Assembly (NCBI GenBank): GCA_041687695.1
Contig: JAWLBL010000025.1
Span: forward strand, 1 to 64,000
DNA length: 64,000 nt
Source of the DNA: Myxococcota bacterium
Lineage (GTDB): Bacteria; Myxococcota_A; UBA9042; PHBI01; JAWLBL01
Direction of reading: 5' to 3'
Part shown: piece by piece, positions 10,249-20,590 of the stretch
How positions within the stretch are numbered: the stretch's first letter is position 1
Layout of the letters: the number at the start of each line of letters is the position of its first letter
The notes under the pieces: model-generated
Database searches by the model: none
The model's input: only the letters and a program-made list of their open reading frames with translations
What the model was told of the DNA's origin: nothing
Program-made: the position numbers and the translations under genes

Positions 10249-11181
10249 ATGATCTTGCGTTCGGCGATGATGGGGATGGCCTTGGCGATGGCGGCCTTCG
10301 GGATGGTGGCCTGTGACGGCCCCGGCGGCAGTGGCTCGGGTGGGCCGCCGGCCAACCAGACGCCGCAGCCCACCCAGACCAACAAGGTCGACGCCCAGGT
10401 CAAGGACGGCAGCGGCGCGGCGACCGACGTCGACGGCGAGCAGGCCCAGCCGTCCGAGGGCGCCTTCGGCGGCGGCATCGCCGGCACCGTCTTGAACCTG
10501 TGGATGACCAGCAGCAACGGCACGCTGATCTCGGTCGTCATCGACACGGCCACCCACGAGCTGCCGGCCACGGTGCAGATCGGCGAGGTCAACTCGACCG
10601 CCTTCGTCACGATGACCCAGACCCTGCCGATGCCGGGCGTCTTCGTCAGCACCGCGGGCAGCGGCTCCATCACCATCAACCAGTGTCCCAAGGCCGCCGG
10701 CGAGGCGCTGACCGGCGCCTTCGGTGACATCAAGCTCAAGAGCGAGGCCGACGAGAGCGAGGTGACGCTGAGCGGCACCTTCAACCTGATGGTGGGCCCG
10801 GTCTCGGGTGCGCTGCAGTGCAAGGTCGTGACCCAGCCCCAGCCCGACGCCGGCCCGACCGACGACGTGCCGACCGGCGGGTCGTGCGACATGGGCACCT
10901 GTGACGGCCCCTGCTGCCCCTACCAGGCGTGCCTGGCGAGCTGCTCGGCCGCCTGCATGGCCAGCCCGGCCTGCCAGAACCCGAACCCGGCCGACCCCTT
11001 CGCCTGCATGACCTGCTCGTTGGGCTGCTTCGAGGAGTGTGGGGTCAGCCAGCAGTGCATGGACGCCCTCGAGGCCGTCAACACCTGCGAAGAGAACGCC
11101 GGCTGCCTCGAGCTCGAGGACGACGCCTACGAGGCCTGCGGCGCCCAGCACTGCTGCGCCGAGCGCAAGGCCGCGCTGTAG
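10249..11181 (+). CDS. Hypothetical lipoprotein with Cys-rich C-terminal region
   Basis: Signal ending MVAC; GGAG RBS; many CxxxC/CC motifs. Confidence 0.8.
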   Translation: MILRSAMMGMALAMAAFGMVACDGPGGSGSGGPPANQTPQPTQTNKVDAQVKDGSGAATDVDGEQAQPSEGAFGGGIAGTVLNLWMTSSNGTLISVVIDTATHELPATVQIGEVNSTAFVTMTQTLPMPGVFVSTAGSGSITINQCPKAAGEALTGAFGDIKLKSEADESEVTLSGTFNLMVGPVSGALQCKVVTQPQPDAGPTDDVPTGGSCDMGTCDGPCCPYQACLASCSAACMASPACQNPNPADPFACMTCSLGCFEECGVSQQCMDALEAVNTCEENAGCLELEDDAYEACGAQHCCAERKAAL

Positions 11182-11443
11182 GTTGCCCATCGGCGCGCGG
11201 GGGGCATCCCTTCGCGCGCCGTCGGGCCCTCGAGGCCCTGCGATGGAGCTCGCCCGGCGGTCGCGCCGCGGCGGGCTCCGTCGTTTCGAAGCGCCGGCGC
11301 TCGGGCGTCGTCGGCCGCGGCCGGAATGAGGGCGGGCCCCGAGTCTGTTCGAGGCCGCGCGGGCTTGGTATAAGCTCGCGCCCCGGCCGATCCCTCCCTC
11401 CCGTCGTGACGGCCCACCGACCCCACTTCCCCCGAGGACGACG

Positions 11444-12625
11444 ATGCGCATGAAGCTGATGGCTTGGATCCTGGCCGGCGCGGTGGCGATGCCGCTCGCG
11501 GCCGGTTGCAGCAAGAAGGACGGCGAGCCGGCCCAGCCGGCCGCGGTGCCCGCCGCCGACAAGGGCGCCGAGGCCAAGCCGGGCGAGGCCCCGGCCCAGC
11601 CCGCTGGCAACGCCGCCGAGCCGACCAAGCAGGACCGCCGCGGCATCGAGGGCGGCGAGGTGAACGCTCAGGGTGGCGCTCAGGGTGGCGCCGCGGCCGC
11701 CGAGGCCAAGCCCGCCGCCGACGCCCCGCCGGCCGAGCCTGGCTCGCCGCTGGCCGTGCTGCGCGAGGCGCAGGCCGCCGCCGAGGCGGGCGAGGTCCAG
11801 AAGCTGATCGGCCTGGTCACGCCCATGAACGCGCGCATGATCGGCCGCATCCCGCCGCAGCAGCTGCAGCACCTGCTGGGCGGCACCATCAAGGGCGAGC
11901 CGCAGATGAACGGCGGCCGCGCCGTCTTCACCCTCGAGCGCGAGGGCGCCGGCAACGGCCCGCCGAGCCGCAAGGTGGTCCTGTTCAAGCAGCCCGAGGG
12001 CTGGCGCATCGATCTTCAGAAGAGCGCGCAGTGGGCCGAGGTCGACCCGGGCGAGGCCGACCCGCTGAACAAGCCGGTGACCCTGGCCGAGGCCACCGAA
12101 GGCATCGAGGGCACGGGCAAGCTGCACGCCACCATCAAGACCTCGATGGGCGATCTCCACTGCGAGCTGTACGAGGACAAGGCGCCCAAGACGGTCGCCA
12201 ACTTCGTCGGCCTCGCGCGCGGCAAGCGCGGCTGGAAGGACCCGGCGACCGGCCAGTGGGTGCAGAAGCCCCTGTACGACGGCCTGACGTTCCACCGCGT
12301 CATCCCGGACTTCATGATCCAGGGCGGCGACCCGGCGGGCAACGGCACCGGCGGCCCGGGCTTCACCTTCGAGGACGAGTTCGACCTGTCGCTGCGCCAC
12401 GACAAGGGCGGCCTGCTGTCGATGGCCAACCGCGGCCCGAACACCAACGGCAGCCAGTTCTTCGTCACCGAGAAGGAGACGCCCTGGCTGGACGACGGCC
12501 ACACCATCTTCGGCGCCTGCCAGGAGGCCGATCTGGTCGCCAAGATGACCCGCGTCCCGGTCGCGGCCGGCAACAAGCCGGTCGAACCGCTGAAGATCGA
12601 GACGATCACGTTCGAGCGTAAGTAG
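11444..12625 (+). CDS. Cyclophilin-type peptidyl-prolyl isomerase, lipoprotein with extra N-terminal domain
   Basis: Lipobox [49 protein letters not shown]. Confidence 0.93.
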   Translation: MRMKLMAWILAGAVAMPLAAGCSKKDGEPAQPAAVPAADKGAEAKPGEAPAQPAGNAAEPTKQDRRGIEGGEVNAQGGAQGGAAAAEAKPAADAPPAEPGSPLAVLREAQAAAEAGEVQKLIGLVTPMNARMIGRIPPQQLQHLLGGTIKGEPQMNGGRAVFTLEREGAGNGPPSRKVVLFKQPEGWRIDLQKSAQWAEVDPGEADPLNKPVTLAEATEGIEGTGKLHATIKTSMGDLHCELYEDKAPKTVANFVGLARGKRGWKDPATGQWVQKPLYDGLTFHRVIPDFMIQGGDPAGNGTGGPGFTFEDEFDLSLRHDKGGLLSMANRGPNTNGSQFFVTEKETPWLDDGHTIFGACQEADLVAKMTRVPVAAGNKPVEPLKIETITFERK

Positions 12626-12746
12626 GCGCCTTCGGTCCCCGGTCGGCGTCGTCCACGGCCCGACCGGGGTCGAATGCTGGATCGCACGTCCTCGGGCGGT
12701 AGACTCCGCGCATCGTTCGCCTGCGTCTGTCCGCCCGAGGGTCTCC

Positions 12747-14111
12747 ATGGTCCATGTCCGCGCCCTTGTCGTCGCCTCCGCGTGTGCCTCGTTCGCGCTG
12801 CTCGCCGGCGCGTGCGGTGACCCCGCGCCTCCCGCGACCTCCGACACCTCGGACACCACCGACGACGACGGCCCGCCCGCCGGGCGCAGCTTCTTTTTGG
12901 GCGGCTGGGCCGAGGGCTACTCGACCACCGGCGCCTCGCGGCGGGTGTTCTCGCTGGACCCGCTGCAGGTCGAGGTGCCCGACGGCGGCGGGGCCGAGCT
13001 CGAGGCCGACGCCGACGTCGGCGAGGCGCCGGACCCGTTCCTGGTCGAGGCCATCGTCGTGCCGCTGGACGTCTACGGCGTGCCCTGGGAGGCGTTCGAC
13101 GTCCTCGGCGAGACGCCGCAGGAGCTGCCCGCCGCGTGGCTGAAGGCCGTGACCGACGCCGTCGAGGCGGCGCGCGAGACCGGGCGGCCGCTGGCCCTGG
13201 CGCTGAGCCCGGTGGGCGAGGCCTTCGACCAGCTGGCGCCGCGCGCGACCGAGGACGCGCAGGGCCAGCTGCAGCTGCAGACCCAGTGGAGCGGGTTCTG
13301 CTACGACCCGAACGAGGACGGCAACCCGACCAAGTGGCGGCAGGCCTACGGCAAGTACGCCGCCTATCTGGCGCGGCAGTTCGCGCCGCGCTGGGTGTTC
13401 GTCGCGCAGCGCATCAACCTGTACGAGGCCAGCTGCCCGGACAGCAACCCCAGCCACACGGGCGCCTACGCGGGCGTCGCCGGGTTCGCCACCGAGGCCC
13501 ACGAGCGCATCAAGGCCCTGGCGACCCCGCCCACGACGGTCGTCACGGTGGACGTCGAGGATCTCTACAACTTTCCGCGCCGCCCGGGGCGCTGCGTGGG
13601 CCAGAGCGAGGCCGCCTGCCTGGCCAGCCGCGCGCCGCTGCTCGAGGCCTTCACCGCCGACCGGCTGGGGCTGGAGAGCTACCCGGCCATCGCGCTGCCG
13701 TCGGTGGGCGCCCTGCCGGCGGACTGGCTCTCGGCCGTCGCCGACGCCTCGCCGCGGCCCACCCTGGTCGCGGGGACCGGGCTGCCGGCGGTGCGCATCG
13801 AGCGCCAGCAGGGCGCGTGCGTGCCGCTGGTCGAGTCCAGCGAGACGGTGCAGCTGACCTGGCTCGACCAGGTGCTGGCGACCGCGCAGGCCCGGCAGAT
13901 GGAGCTGGTCGTCTGGCGCTCGCCGGTCGATCTGCTACCCGCCGCGGTGGTCGCCAGCTGCCCGTGCACGGGCGACGCGAGCCTGTGCCAGCACCTGTCG
14001 CAGCTGGGCGCGCGCGCCGACGAGATCCGGCTGAGGACCATCACCGGCCTGGTCGCGACGGACGGGACCGAGCGCGCCGCGGCCGGCGTCTGGCGGGGGC
14101 TGCTCGACTGA
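12747..14111 (+). CDS. Hypothetical lipoprotein with glycoside-hydrolase-like TIM barrel (catalytic Glu apparently absent)
   Basis: Lipobox LAGAC; motif order INLY, LESYP, GTGLP, S...Q, VVW, GL...DG..R.A...W. Confidence 0.65.
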   Translation: MVHVRALVVASACASFALLAGACGDPAPPATSDTSDTTDDDGPPAGRSFFLGGWAEGYSTTGASRRVFSLDPLQVEVPDGGGAELEADADVGEAPDPFLVEAIVVPLDVYGVPWEAFDVLGETPQELPAAWLKAVTDAVEAARETGRPLALALSPVGEAFDQLAPRATEDAQGQLQLQTQWSGFCYDPNEDGNPTKWRQAYGKYAAYLARQFAPRWVFVAQRINLYEASCPDSNPSHTGAYAGVAGFATEAHERIKALATPPTTVVTVDVEDLYNFPRRPGRCVGQSEAACLASRAPLLEAFTADRLGLESYPAIALPSVGALPADWLSAVADASPRPTLVAGTGLPAVRIERQQGACVPLVESSETVQLTWLDQVLATAQARQMELVVWRSPVDLLPAAVVASCPCTGDASLCQHLSQLGARADEIRLRTITGLVATDGTERAAAGVWRGLLD

Positions 14112-14278
14112 GCGGCCGGCGTCACGCGTGGACGGCGCGCGCCGCGATGGGGGCGGGCCGGCCGGAACAAGGACGGGCGGCGTGGGTTGGGTGGGCGAGG
14201 CTATCCGCGGTGGGCCGCTGCCGGCCGCCGCCGATCGGTGGGCACTGAACAAACTTTCCGCGTCCGCCGCCTTGTGTT

Positions 14279-16369
14279 ATGAAGCGCCCGACCCAAGCCC
14301 AGGAGCGTCCCTTGGAGCGTCCGACGCCCGACCCCGCCAGCGCCAGCTACGGTGAAGACCAGATCCGGGTCCTCGAGGGCCTCGAGGCCGTGCGCCTGCG
14401 ACCCGGCATGTACATCGGCTCGACCGGCCCGCGCGGGCTGCACCACCTGGTCTACGAGATCGTCGACAACGCGGTCGACGAGGCGCTGGCCGGCTACTGC
14501 AAGCGCATCGAGGTGCGCGTCGAGCCGGGCGACGTGGTCGAGGTCCGAGACGACGGGCGCGGCATCCCGACGGGGCTGCACCCGACGGCGGGCATCCCGA
14601 CGCCCGAGGTGGTCTTCACGAAGCTGCACGCGGGCGGCAAGTTCGGCGACGGCGGCTACAAGGTGTCGGGCGGCCTGCACGGCGTCGGCGCGTCGGTGGT
14701 CAACGCGCTGAGCGAGTGGCTCGAGGTCGAGATCTGTCGCGACGGGCGGGTGCACCGGCAGCGCTACGAGCGCGGGCAGCCGATGACGAAGCTCGAGGAC
14801 ACGGGCGGGACGCGGCGGCGCGGGACGACCGTGCGCTTCAAGCCGGACGGCAAGATCTTCCAGACGACGACCTTCAACATCCAGACGCTGGCGACGCGGC
14901 TGCGCGAGCTGGCGTTCCTGAACCCGGGGCTGGCCATCCACGTGGTCGACAAGCGGCCGCTGCCGGCCGACGCGGACGAGGAGGCGCGCCCCTTCGACGA
15001 GACCTTCGACTACCCGGGCGGCGTCGCCGACTTCGTGGGCTACCTGAACGAGTCGCACGAGGGGATGCACCCGCCGGTCGTGTTCCGCGGGCAGCAGCAG
15101 GGCATCGAGATCGAGGTCGCCTTCCAGTACAACGACGGCTACACCGAGAGCGTCAACAGCTACGTCAACTGCATCAACACCATCGAGGGCGGGCAGCACG
15201 AGACGGGCTTCCGGACGGCGCACACGCGCGTGATGAACGAGTACGCGCGCAAGCTGGGGGTGTGGAAGAAGAAGGAGAACCTGTCGGGCGAGGATCTGCG
15301 CGAGGGGCTGATGGCGGTCCTGAGCGTGCGCATGACGGGCGCCGAGTTCGAGGGGCAGACCAAGACCAAGCTGGGCAACCCCGAGGTGCGCGGCGCGGTC
15401 GAGGACATCGTGACCAGCCACCTGTCGGCGATCCTCGACGAGAACCCCAAGCTGGCCAAGGCGCTGCTCGAGAAGGCGGCGCGGGCGCAGAGCGCGCGCG
15501 AGGCGGCGCGCAAGGCGCGCGACGCGGTCCGGACGGGCAAGAGCTCGAACAAGATGCGGACCTCGCTCGAGGGCAAGCTGACGCGCTGCGCCAGCCGCAA
15601 CCCCGAAGAGACAGAGCTGTTCATCGTCGAGGGCGACTCCGCCGGCGGCAGCGCCAAGCAGGGGCGCGACCGGCTCATCCAGGCGATCCTGCCGCTCAAG
15701 GGCAAGCCGCTGAACACCGAGAAGGCGAGCCTCGCCAAGGTGCTCGCCAACAAAGAGATTTTGGCCATCGTGCAGGCCATCGGGGCGGGGATCGGCAGCG
15801 AGTTCGATCTGTCCGAGGCGAACTACCGACGCGTCATCGTGCTGGCCGACGCCGACGACGACGGGGCGCACATCCGGTGCCTGCTGCTGGTCTTCTTCTA
15901 TCGCTTCATGCGGCCGCTCATCAGCGGGGGGCGCGTGTTCATCGCGCAGCCGCCGCTGTTCAAGGTCGAGCGCAAGGTCCGCGGCAAGACCGAGGCGCGC
16001 TACGCCTGGAGCCAGGACGAGCTGGACAAGCTGACGAAGAAGTGGGGCAAGGGCGCGGTCGTGCAGCGCTACAAGGGCCTGGGCGAGATGATGGCCACGC
16101 AGCTGTGGGAGACCACCATGAACCCCGAGACGCGGACGCTGGTGCAGGTCACGCTCGAGGACGCGGCCAACGCCGAGCGGCAGGTCACGGTGCTGATGGG
16201 CAACAAGGCGGATCTGCGGAAGAAGTGGATCGTCGAGAACGTGCGCTTCGGCGAGACGAGCGACAGCGACGCGGTGCACGAGGTGGCCGACGTGGTGGCC
16301 CACCAGGATGACGAGGTCGAGCCGCGGCCCACGGGGGCCCCGCCGGTGTACGAGGGAGCGCACCAATGA
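14279..16369 (+). CDS. parE: DNA topoisomerase IV subunit B (start may be TTG at 14312)
   Basis: [64 protein letters not shown] at 14301. Confidence 0.85.
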   Translation: MKRPTQAQERPLERPTPDPASASYGEDQIRVLEGLEAVRLRPGMYIGSTGPRGLHHLVYEIVDNAVDEALAGYCKRIEVRVEPGDVVEVRDDGRGIPTGLHPTAGIPTPEVVFTKLHAGGKFGDGGYKVSGGLHGVGASVVNALSEWLEVEICRDGRVHRQRYERGQPMTKLEDTGGTRRRGTTVRFKPDGKIFQTTTFNIQTLATRLRELAFLNPGLAIHVVDKRPLPADADEEARPFDETFDYPGGVADFVGYLNESHEGMHPPVVFRGQQQGIEIEVAFQYNDGYTESVNSYVNCINTIEGGQHETGFRTAHTRVMNEYARKLGVWKKKENLSGEDLREGLMAVLSVRMTGAEFEGQTKTKLGNPEVRGAVEDIVTSHLSAILDENPKLAKALLEKAARAQSAREAARKARDAVRTGKSSNKMRTSLEGKLTRCASRNPEETELFIVEGDSAGGSAKQGRDRLIQAILPLKGKPLNTEKASLAKVLANKEILAIVQAIGAGIGSEFDLSEANYRRVIVLADADDDGAHIRCLLLVFFYRFMRPLISGGRVFIAQPPLFKVERKVRGKTEARYAWSQDELDKLTKKWGKGAVVQRYKGLGEMMATQLWETTMNPETRTLVQVTLEDAANAERQVTVLMGNKADLRKKWIVENVRFGETSDSDAVHEVADVVAHQDDEVEPRPTGAPPVYEGAHQ

Positions 16370-18864
16370 CAGGTGGGAGGAGCGACGGAACGATGGCGCC
16401 CAACGACGGCGCGAAGCGGGTCGAGTACCTGACCCTGGAAGAGGAGCTGGGGTACTCGTTCGGCCGCTACGCCGAGAAGATCATCCTCGACCGCGCCATC
16501 CCCGACGTGCGGGACGGGCTCAAGCCCGTGCAGCGGCGCATCGTGTACGCCATGTACGAGCTGGGCAACACGCCCGACCGGCCGTACCAGAAGTCGGCGA
16601 AGACCGTCGGCGACACCATGGGCAAGTACCACCCGCACGGCGACTCGGCGATCTACGACGCCCTCGTGCGCATGGCGCAGCCCTGGAAGATGCGCTACCC
16701 GCTCATCGACGGGCACGGCAACTTCGGGTCGATGGACGACGACCCGGCGGCGGCGATGCGCTACACCGAGGCGCGCCTGAGCCCCATCGCGATGGAGCTG
16801 CTGGCCGATCTCGACAAGGACACGGTCGCGTGGCGGCCGACCTACGACGAGAAGCAGCAGGAGCCGGTCGTCCTGCCCGCGGGGTATCTGAACCTGCTGG
16901 TCAACGGCACCAGCGGCGTTTCGACGGGATTCGCGACCGAAGTGCCCAGCCACAACCTGGGCGAGGTGGTCGACGCGTGCCTCGCGCTGATGAAGGACCC
17001 CGAGCTGACCAGCGCGCAGCTGATGCGCTGGGTGAAGGGGCCCGACTTTCCGACCGGCGGCATCGTCATGGGCGCCGAGGGGCTGGTCGAGGCGTACGAG
17101 ACGGGGCGCGGCAAGGTGGTCCTGCGCGGGCGCTACACCATCGACAAGCAGCGCGACGGCAAGCACCTCATCGTCTTCACCGAGATCCCGTACAACGTCG
17201 TCAAGAGTGACCTCATCCGGCAGATGGACGCCATCCGGCTGGACAAGGAGGTCCACGGCGTCCTGGACGTGCGCGACGAGACGGACCGCGAGGGGCTGCG
17301 GGTCGTCATCGAGGTCTCGAAGAACGCCGACCCCGAGGGGGTGCTGGCGTACTTCCTGAAGAAGACCGATCTGCAGATCAACTACCACTTCAACATGACG
17401 ACCATCTGGCGCGCGACGCCGCGGCAGATGGGGCTGCGGACCATCCTGCGCGCCTTCCTGGACCACCGGCGCGAGGTCGTCCTGCGGCGCAGCCGGCACG
17501 ATCTCTCCAAGGCGCAGCAGCGCCTGCACGAGGTCGAGGGCTTCCTCAAGGCCATCGACGTCCTCGACGAGGTCATCGCGACCATCCGGCGGTCGAACGA
17601 CCGCGCCGACGCGCGCGCGAACCTGGTGAGCGAGTTCGGCTTCACCGAGCTGCAGGCCGAGGCCATCCTGGATCTCCGCCTGGTCCGGTTGACCAACCTG
17701 CAGATCCTGCAGCTGCAGGAGGAGAAGGCGCAGCTGCTGGCCAGCATCGCCGAGCTCGAGGCCATCCTGAACGACGCGGCGGTGTGCGACCGGGTGGTCG
17801 CGACCGAGCTCGAGGGGGTCAAAAAGCGCCACGGCGACGCCCGGCGCACCACCATCGAGGCCGAGGTCGAGCGCCTCGACGTGGCGCTCGAGGTCACGGT
17901 CAAGCCGCAGGACGTCGTGGTCGGCATCACCCGCGACGGGTGGATCAAGCGGGCGTCGATGCCGTCGTTCCAGGCGACCGGCGGCGACCGCGCGTCCAGC
18001 GGCGTGCGGCCCGGCGACCGCATGCACTACGTGCTGCACTCGAACACGACCCACCTCATCCTGGTCTTCTCGGCGAGCGGGCAGTGCTTCCCCATCCCGG
18101 TGCACCAGATCCCCGAGGCGCGCTGGGGCGACGTGGGCACGGCGATGGTCAACGTCTGCGGCATCGACAAGGACGACGGCGTGACGGCCGTGGTGGTGCC
18201 CGGCGACTTCTCGGGCGAGCGCCACCTGCTGTTCATCACCGCGCAGGGGATGGTGAAGGCGACGCCGCTGACCGAGTTCCAGAGCACCTACTCGGCCGGG
18301 CTCATCGCCATCAAGCTGGACGACGGCGACCGCCTGGCGCGCGTCCTCGAGGCCGATCTCGAGGGCGACTGCCTCATCCTGACCCAGAGCGGGCAGGGCA
18401 TCCGCTTCCCCGTGGCCGAGGTGTCGGTGCAGGGCCGCGCCGCCAAGGGCGTCCGCGCCATGAAGGTCGAGGACGGCGACTCGGTGCGCGACGCCATCGT
18501 CGTGCCGCCCGACCCGACGCTGCAGATCGCGACCTTCACGCTGTCGGGGCGCTCGAAGCTCAGTCCGCTCGAGCAGTACCCGCGCCAGCGCCGCGGCGGC
18601 AAGGGCGTGCGCATGATCATCTCGCGCAGCGGCACGCCGCACCACTGCGTGGCCATCTCGGGCTGCAGCACGCGCGACACCTTCCTCATCGTCGACAGCC
18701 AGGGCAAGGAGCACGCGCTGCCGGCCAAGGCGATCCCGGTCACGCGAAGGGACGGCAACGCCTGGGACCTGGTCAAGCTGCCTGGCGACGTGCACGTGGC
18801 GCTGGTCGAGCATGTCCCAGCCGCGCCCGAGGAGCCTACCGCCGTCCAGGACGAGTCGGTCTGA
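16366..18864 (+). CDS. parC: DNA topoisomerase IV subunit A (start may be 16393)
   Basis: [35 protein letters not shown]; beta-pinwheel CTD without a GyrA box in blade 1. Confidence 0.85.
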   Translation: MTGGRSDGTMAPNDGAKRVEYLTLEEELGYSFGRYAEKIILDRAIPDVRDGLKPVQRRIVYAMYELGNTPDRPYQKSAKTVGDTMGKYHPHGDSAIYDALVRMAQPWKMRYPLIDGHGNFGSMDDDPAAAMRYTEARLSPIAMELLADLDKDTVAWRPTYDEKQQEPVVLPAGYLNLLVNGTSGVSTGFATEVPSHNLGEVVDACLALMKDPELTSAQLMRWVKGPDFPTGGIVMGAEGLVEAYETGRGKVVLRGRYTIDKQRDGKHLIVFTEIPYNVVKSDLIRQMDAIRLDKEVHGVLDVRDETDREGLRVVIEVSKNADPEGVLAYFLKKTDLQINYHFNMTTIWRATPRQMGLRTILRAFLDHRREVVLRRSRHDLSKAQQRLHEVEGFLKAIDVLDEVIATIRRSNDRADARANLVSEFGFTELQAEAILDLRLVRLTNLQILQLQEEKAQLLASIAELEAILNDAAVCDRVVATELEGVKKRHGDARRTTIEAEVERLDVALEVTVKPQDVVVGITRDGWIKRASMPSFQATGGDRASSGVRPGDRMHYVLHSNTTHLILVFSASGQCFPIPVHQIPEARWGDVGTAMVNVCGIDKDDGVTAVVVPGDFSGERHLLFITAQGMVKATPLTEFQSTYSAGLIAIKLDDGDRLARVLEADLEGDCLILTQSGQGIRFPVAEVSVQGRAAKGVRAMKVEDGDSVRDAIVVPPDPTLQIATFTLSGRSKLSPLEQYPRQRRGGKGVRMIISRSGTPHHCVAISGCSTRDTFLIVDSQGKEHALPAKAIPVTRRDGNAWDLVKLPGDVHVALVEHVPAAPEEPTAVQDESV

Positions 18865-18888
18865 TGGCAACTGTGCGAAATCACGAGC

Positions 18889-18916
18889 TTGTCAACGGCG
18901 CCGGGTCGGTTATCCT
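18889..18916 (+). promoter_or_regulatory. Putative sigma70-type promoter of the peroxidase gene
   Basis: TTGTCA-16 bp-TATCCT, then AGGAGG RBS. Confidence 0.5.
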
Positions 18917-18937
18917 CCGCCGCCCAGGAGGTGGACG

Positions 18938-20065
18938 ATGCGACGGATGAAGGTGATTGGGATCGCGGCGCTGGCGCTGGCCGTGGGCGGCGCGTCCGGG
19001 TGCCGCAAGGATGAGGCGGCGACGAGCGAGCCGACCGCGCCCAGCGGCGCCGTCGCCAAGGAGAGCGGAGAGCCCAAGGCGCCGGCGGCGCCGAGCGCCG
19101 AGGTCGACCGCAAGCGGCTGGCGGTGTTCCAGAGCCTGCCCGAGGTGGTCGCCTCCGAGGCGAACCCCGTGACCGACGAGAAGGTCGCGCTGGGCAAGAT
19201 GCTGTACTTCGAAGAGCGCCTGTCGAAGAACCAGGACGTGTCGTGCAACAGCTGCCACGCCCTGGACGAGTACGGTGTCGACGGCGAGGCGACCAGCCCC
19301 GGCCACAAGGGCCAGCGCGGCGACCGCAACTCGCCGACCGTCTACAACGCGGCCGGGCACGCGCTGCAGTTCTGGGACGGGCGGGCCAAGGACGTCGAGG
19401 AGCAGGCCCTCGGTCCCATCACCAACCCGGTCGAGATGGCGCTGGCCAGCGGGGACGTGGCGGTCGCGGTGCTGAAGTCGATCCCCGGGTACGCCGAGGC
19501 CTTCGCCAAGGCCTTCCCCGGCCAGGAAGACCCCATCACCTTCGACAACGTCGGCAAGGCCATCGGCGCCTTCGAGCGCAAGCTGGTCACGCCCTCGCGC
19601 TTCGACGCCTTCCTGGCCGGACAGGACGACGCCCTGACCGACGACGAGAAGAAGGGCCTCAACGTCTTCATGGACGTGGGCTGCACGACCTGCCACATGG
19701 GCGCCTACGTCGGGGGGGCCATGCTGCAGAAGCTGGGCCTGCACCAGCCGTGGCCCAACCTGAAGGACGAGGGGCGCTTCGCGGTGACGAAGAACGAGGC
19801 CGAGCGCTTCTTCTTCAAGGTCCCGTCGCTGCGCAACATCGCCAAGACCGGGCCCTACTTCCACGACGGCAGCGTCGCCAGCCTCGATGAGGCGGTGCGG
19901 CTGATGGCCAAGCACCAGACCACCCGCGAGCTGAGCGACGAAGAGGTCGGCCTGGTGGTGACCTTCCTGAACGCCCTGACGGGCGACCTGCCCGGCGCCG
20001 AGCTCATCGGCGAGCCGACCCTGCCCGAGAGCGGGCCCGAGACGCCCAAGCCCGACCCGACCTGA
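18938..20065 (+). CDS. Di-heme cytochrome c peroxidase (CcpA/MauG family), lipoprotein
   Basis: CNSCH and CTTCH; RNSPTVYNA, QFWDGRA, NPVEM, FKVPSLRN, PYFHDG; lipobox ASGC. Confidence 0.93.
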   Translation: MRRMKVIGIAALALAVGGASGCRKDEAATSEPTAPSGAVAKESGEPKAPAAPSAEVDRKRLAVFQSLPEVVASEANPVTDEKVALGKMLYFEERLSKNQDVSCNSCHALDEYGVDGEATSPGHKGQRGDRNSPTVYNAAGHALQFWDGRAKDVEEQALGPITNPVEMALASGDVAVAVLKSIPGYAEAFAKAFPGQEDPITFDNVGKAIGAFERKLVTPSRFDAFLAGQDDALTDDEKKGLNVFMDVGCTTCHMGAYVGGAMLQKLGLHQPWPNLKDEGRFAVTKNEAERFFFKVPSLRNIAKTGPYFHDGSVASLDEAVRLMAKHQTTRELSDEEVGLVVTFLNALTGDLPGAELIGEPTLPESGPETPKPDPT

Positions 20066-20177
20066 TCGGCTGACACTGGAGAGTCAGGCGCCCGGCTTCA
20101 CCTCGGTGAGCCGGGCGTCGTCGTTTCGAAGGCCCGCGTCAGGCGCCTGGGTCGGGTGCTGACGCGGCCGGCTGGAA

Positions 20178-20350
20178 GAGGGTGTCGCAATGACGCCGCC
20201 GAAGGCGGCCTTGGAGTGCTCCGGCTTGCCGGAGCCCCGGCCCCGGCGGCTTGCCGCCGGGATCTGGCCGCCAAACCCGGCGCAGCAAGCTGCGCCGGAT
20301 GGGGGCTCCACCAAGGTGGAGCACTCCGGTCGGGCTTTCGCGGCACCCTC
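20178..20350. mobile_element. MITE-like element, copy 4 (173 bp)
   Basis: GAGGGTGTCGCA ... CGCGGCACCCTC; TGGAA at 20173-20177 and 20351-20355; between convergent genes. Confidence 0.8.
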
Positions 20351-20400
20351 TGGAAGCCGGCGATCCCAGGCGGCGGCCGAAGCTGAGACCGGCGGCGAGT

Positions 20401-20471
20401 CCGGCCGGCTGGAAGCCGGCGGTCCCAGGGGGGAGCCAGAGCGGCCATGGAGTGCCCTCGCTAGCGAGGGC
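20401..20471. repeat. Uninterrupted REP-like hairpin (empty target) and a GGAGT-footed hairpin
   Basis: GCCGGC-TGGAA-GCCGGC-GGTCCCAG at 20404-20428; GGAGT-GCCCTCGC-TA-GCGAGGGC at 20449-20471. Confidence 0.7.
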
Positions 20472-20590
20472 TCGCTGGATCGCGCCGCTCGCGGCGCCAT
20501 CAGACCCACGCGCCCCCACGCACCCAGGCAGAGAGCGGTTCATCGGCCCGCATGGAGGCCCTCGGTCCCGCGGTCCAAGGCGCCGGCGGG

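Noticed and set aside
14279..18864. Annotation as gyrB-gyrA
   Set aside because: No GyrA box in the first CTD blade and ParE/ParC-like signatures; needs phylogenetic confirmation
18872..18885. Crp/Fnr/Rex-like site upstream of the peroxidase promoter (TGTGC-GAAA-TCACG)
   Set aside because: Half-sites are degenerate and the spacing does not fit TGTGA-N6-TCACA
20084..20590. ORFs in the ccp-kinase intergenic region
   Set aside because: They translate the same repeat element and show no coding signature
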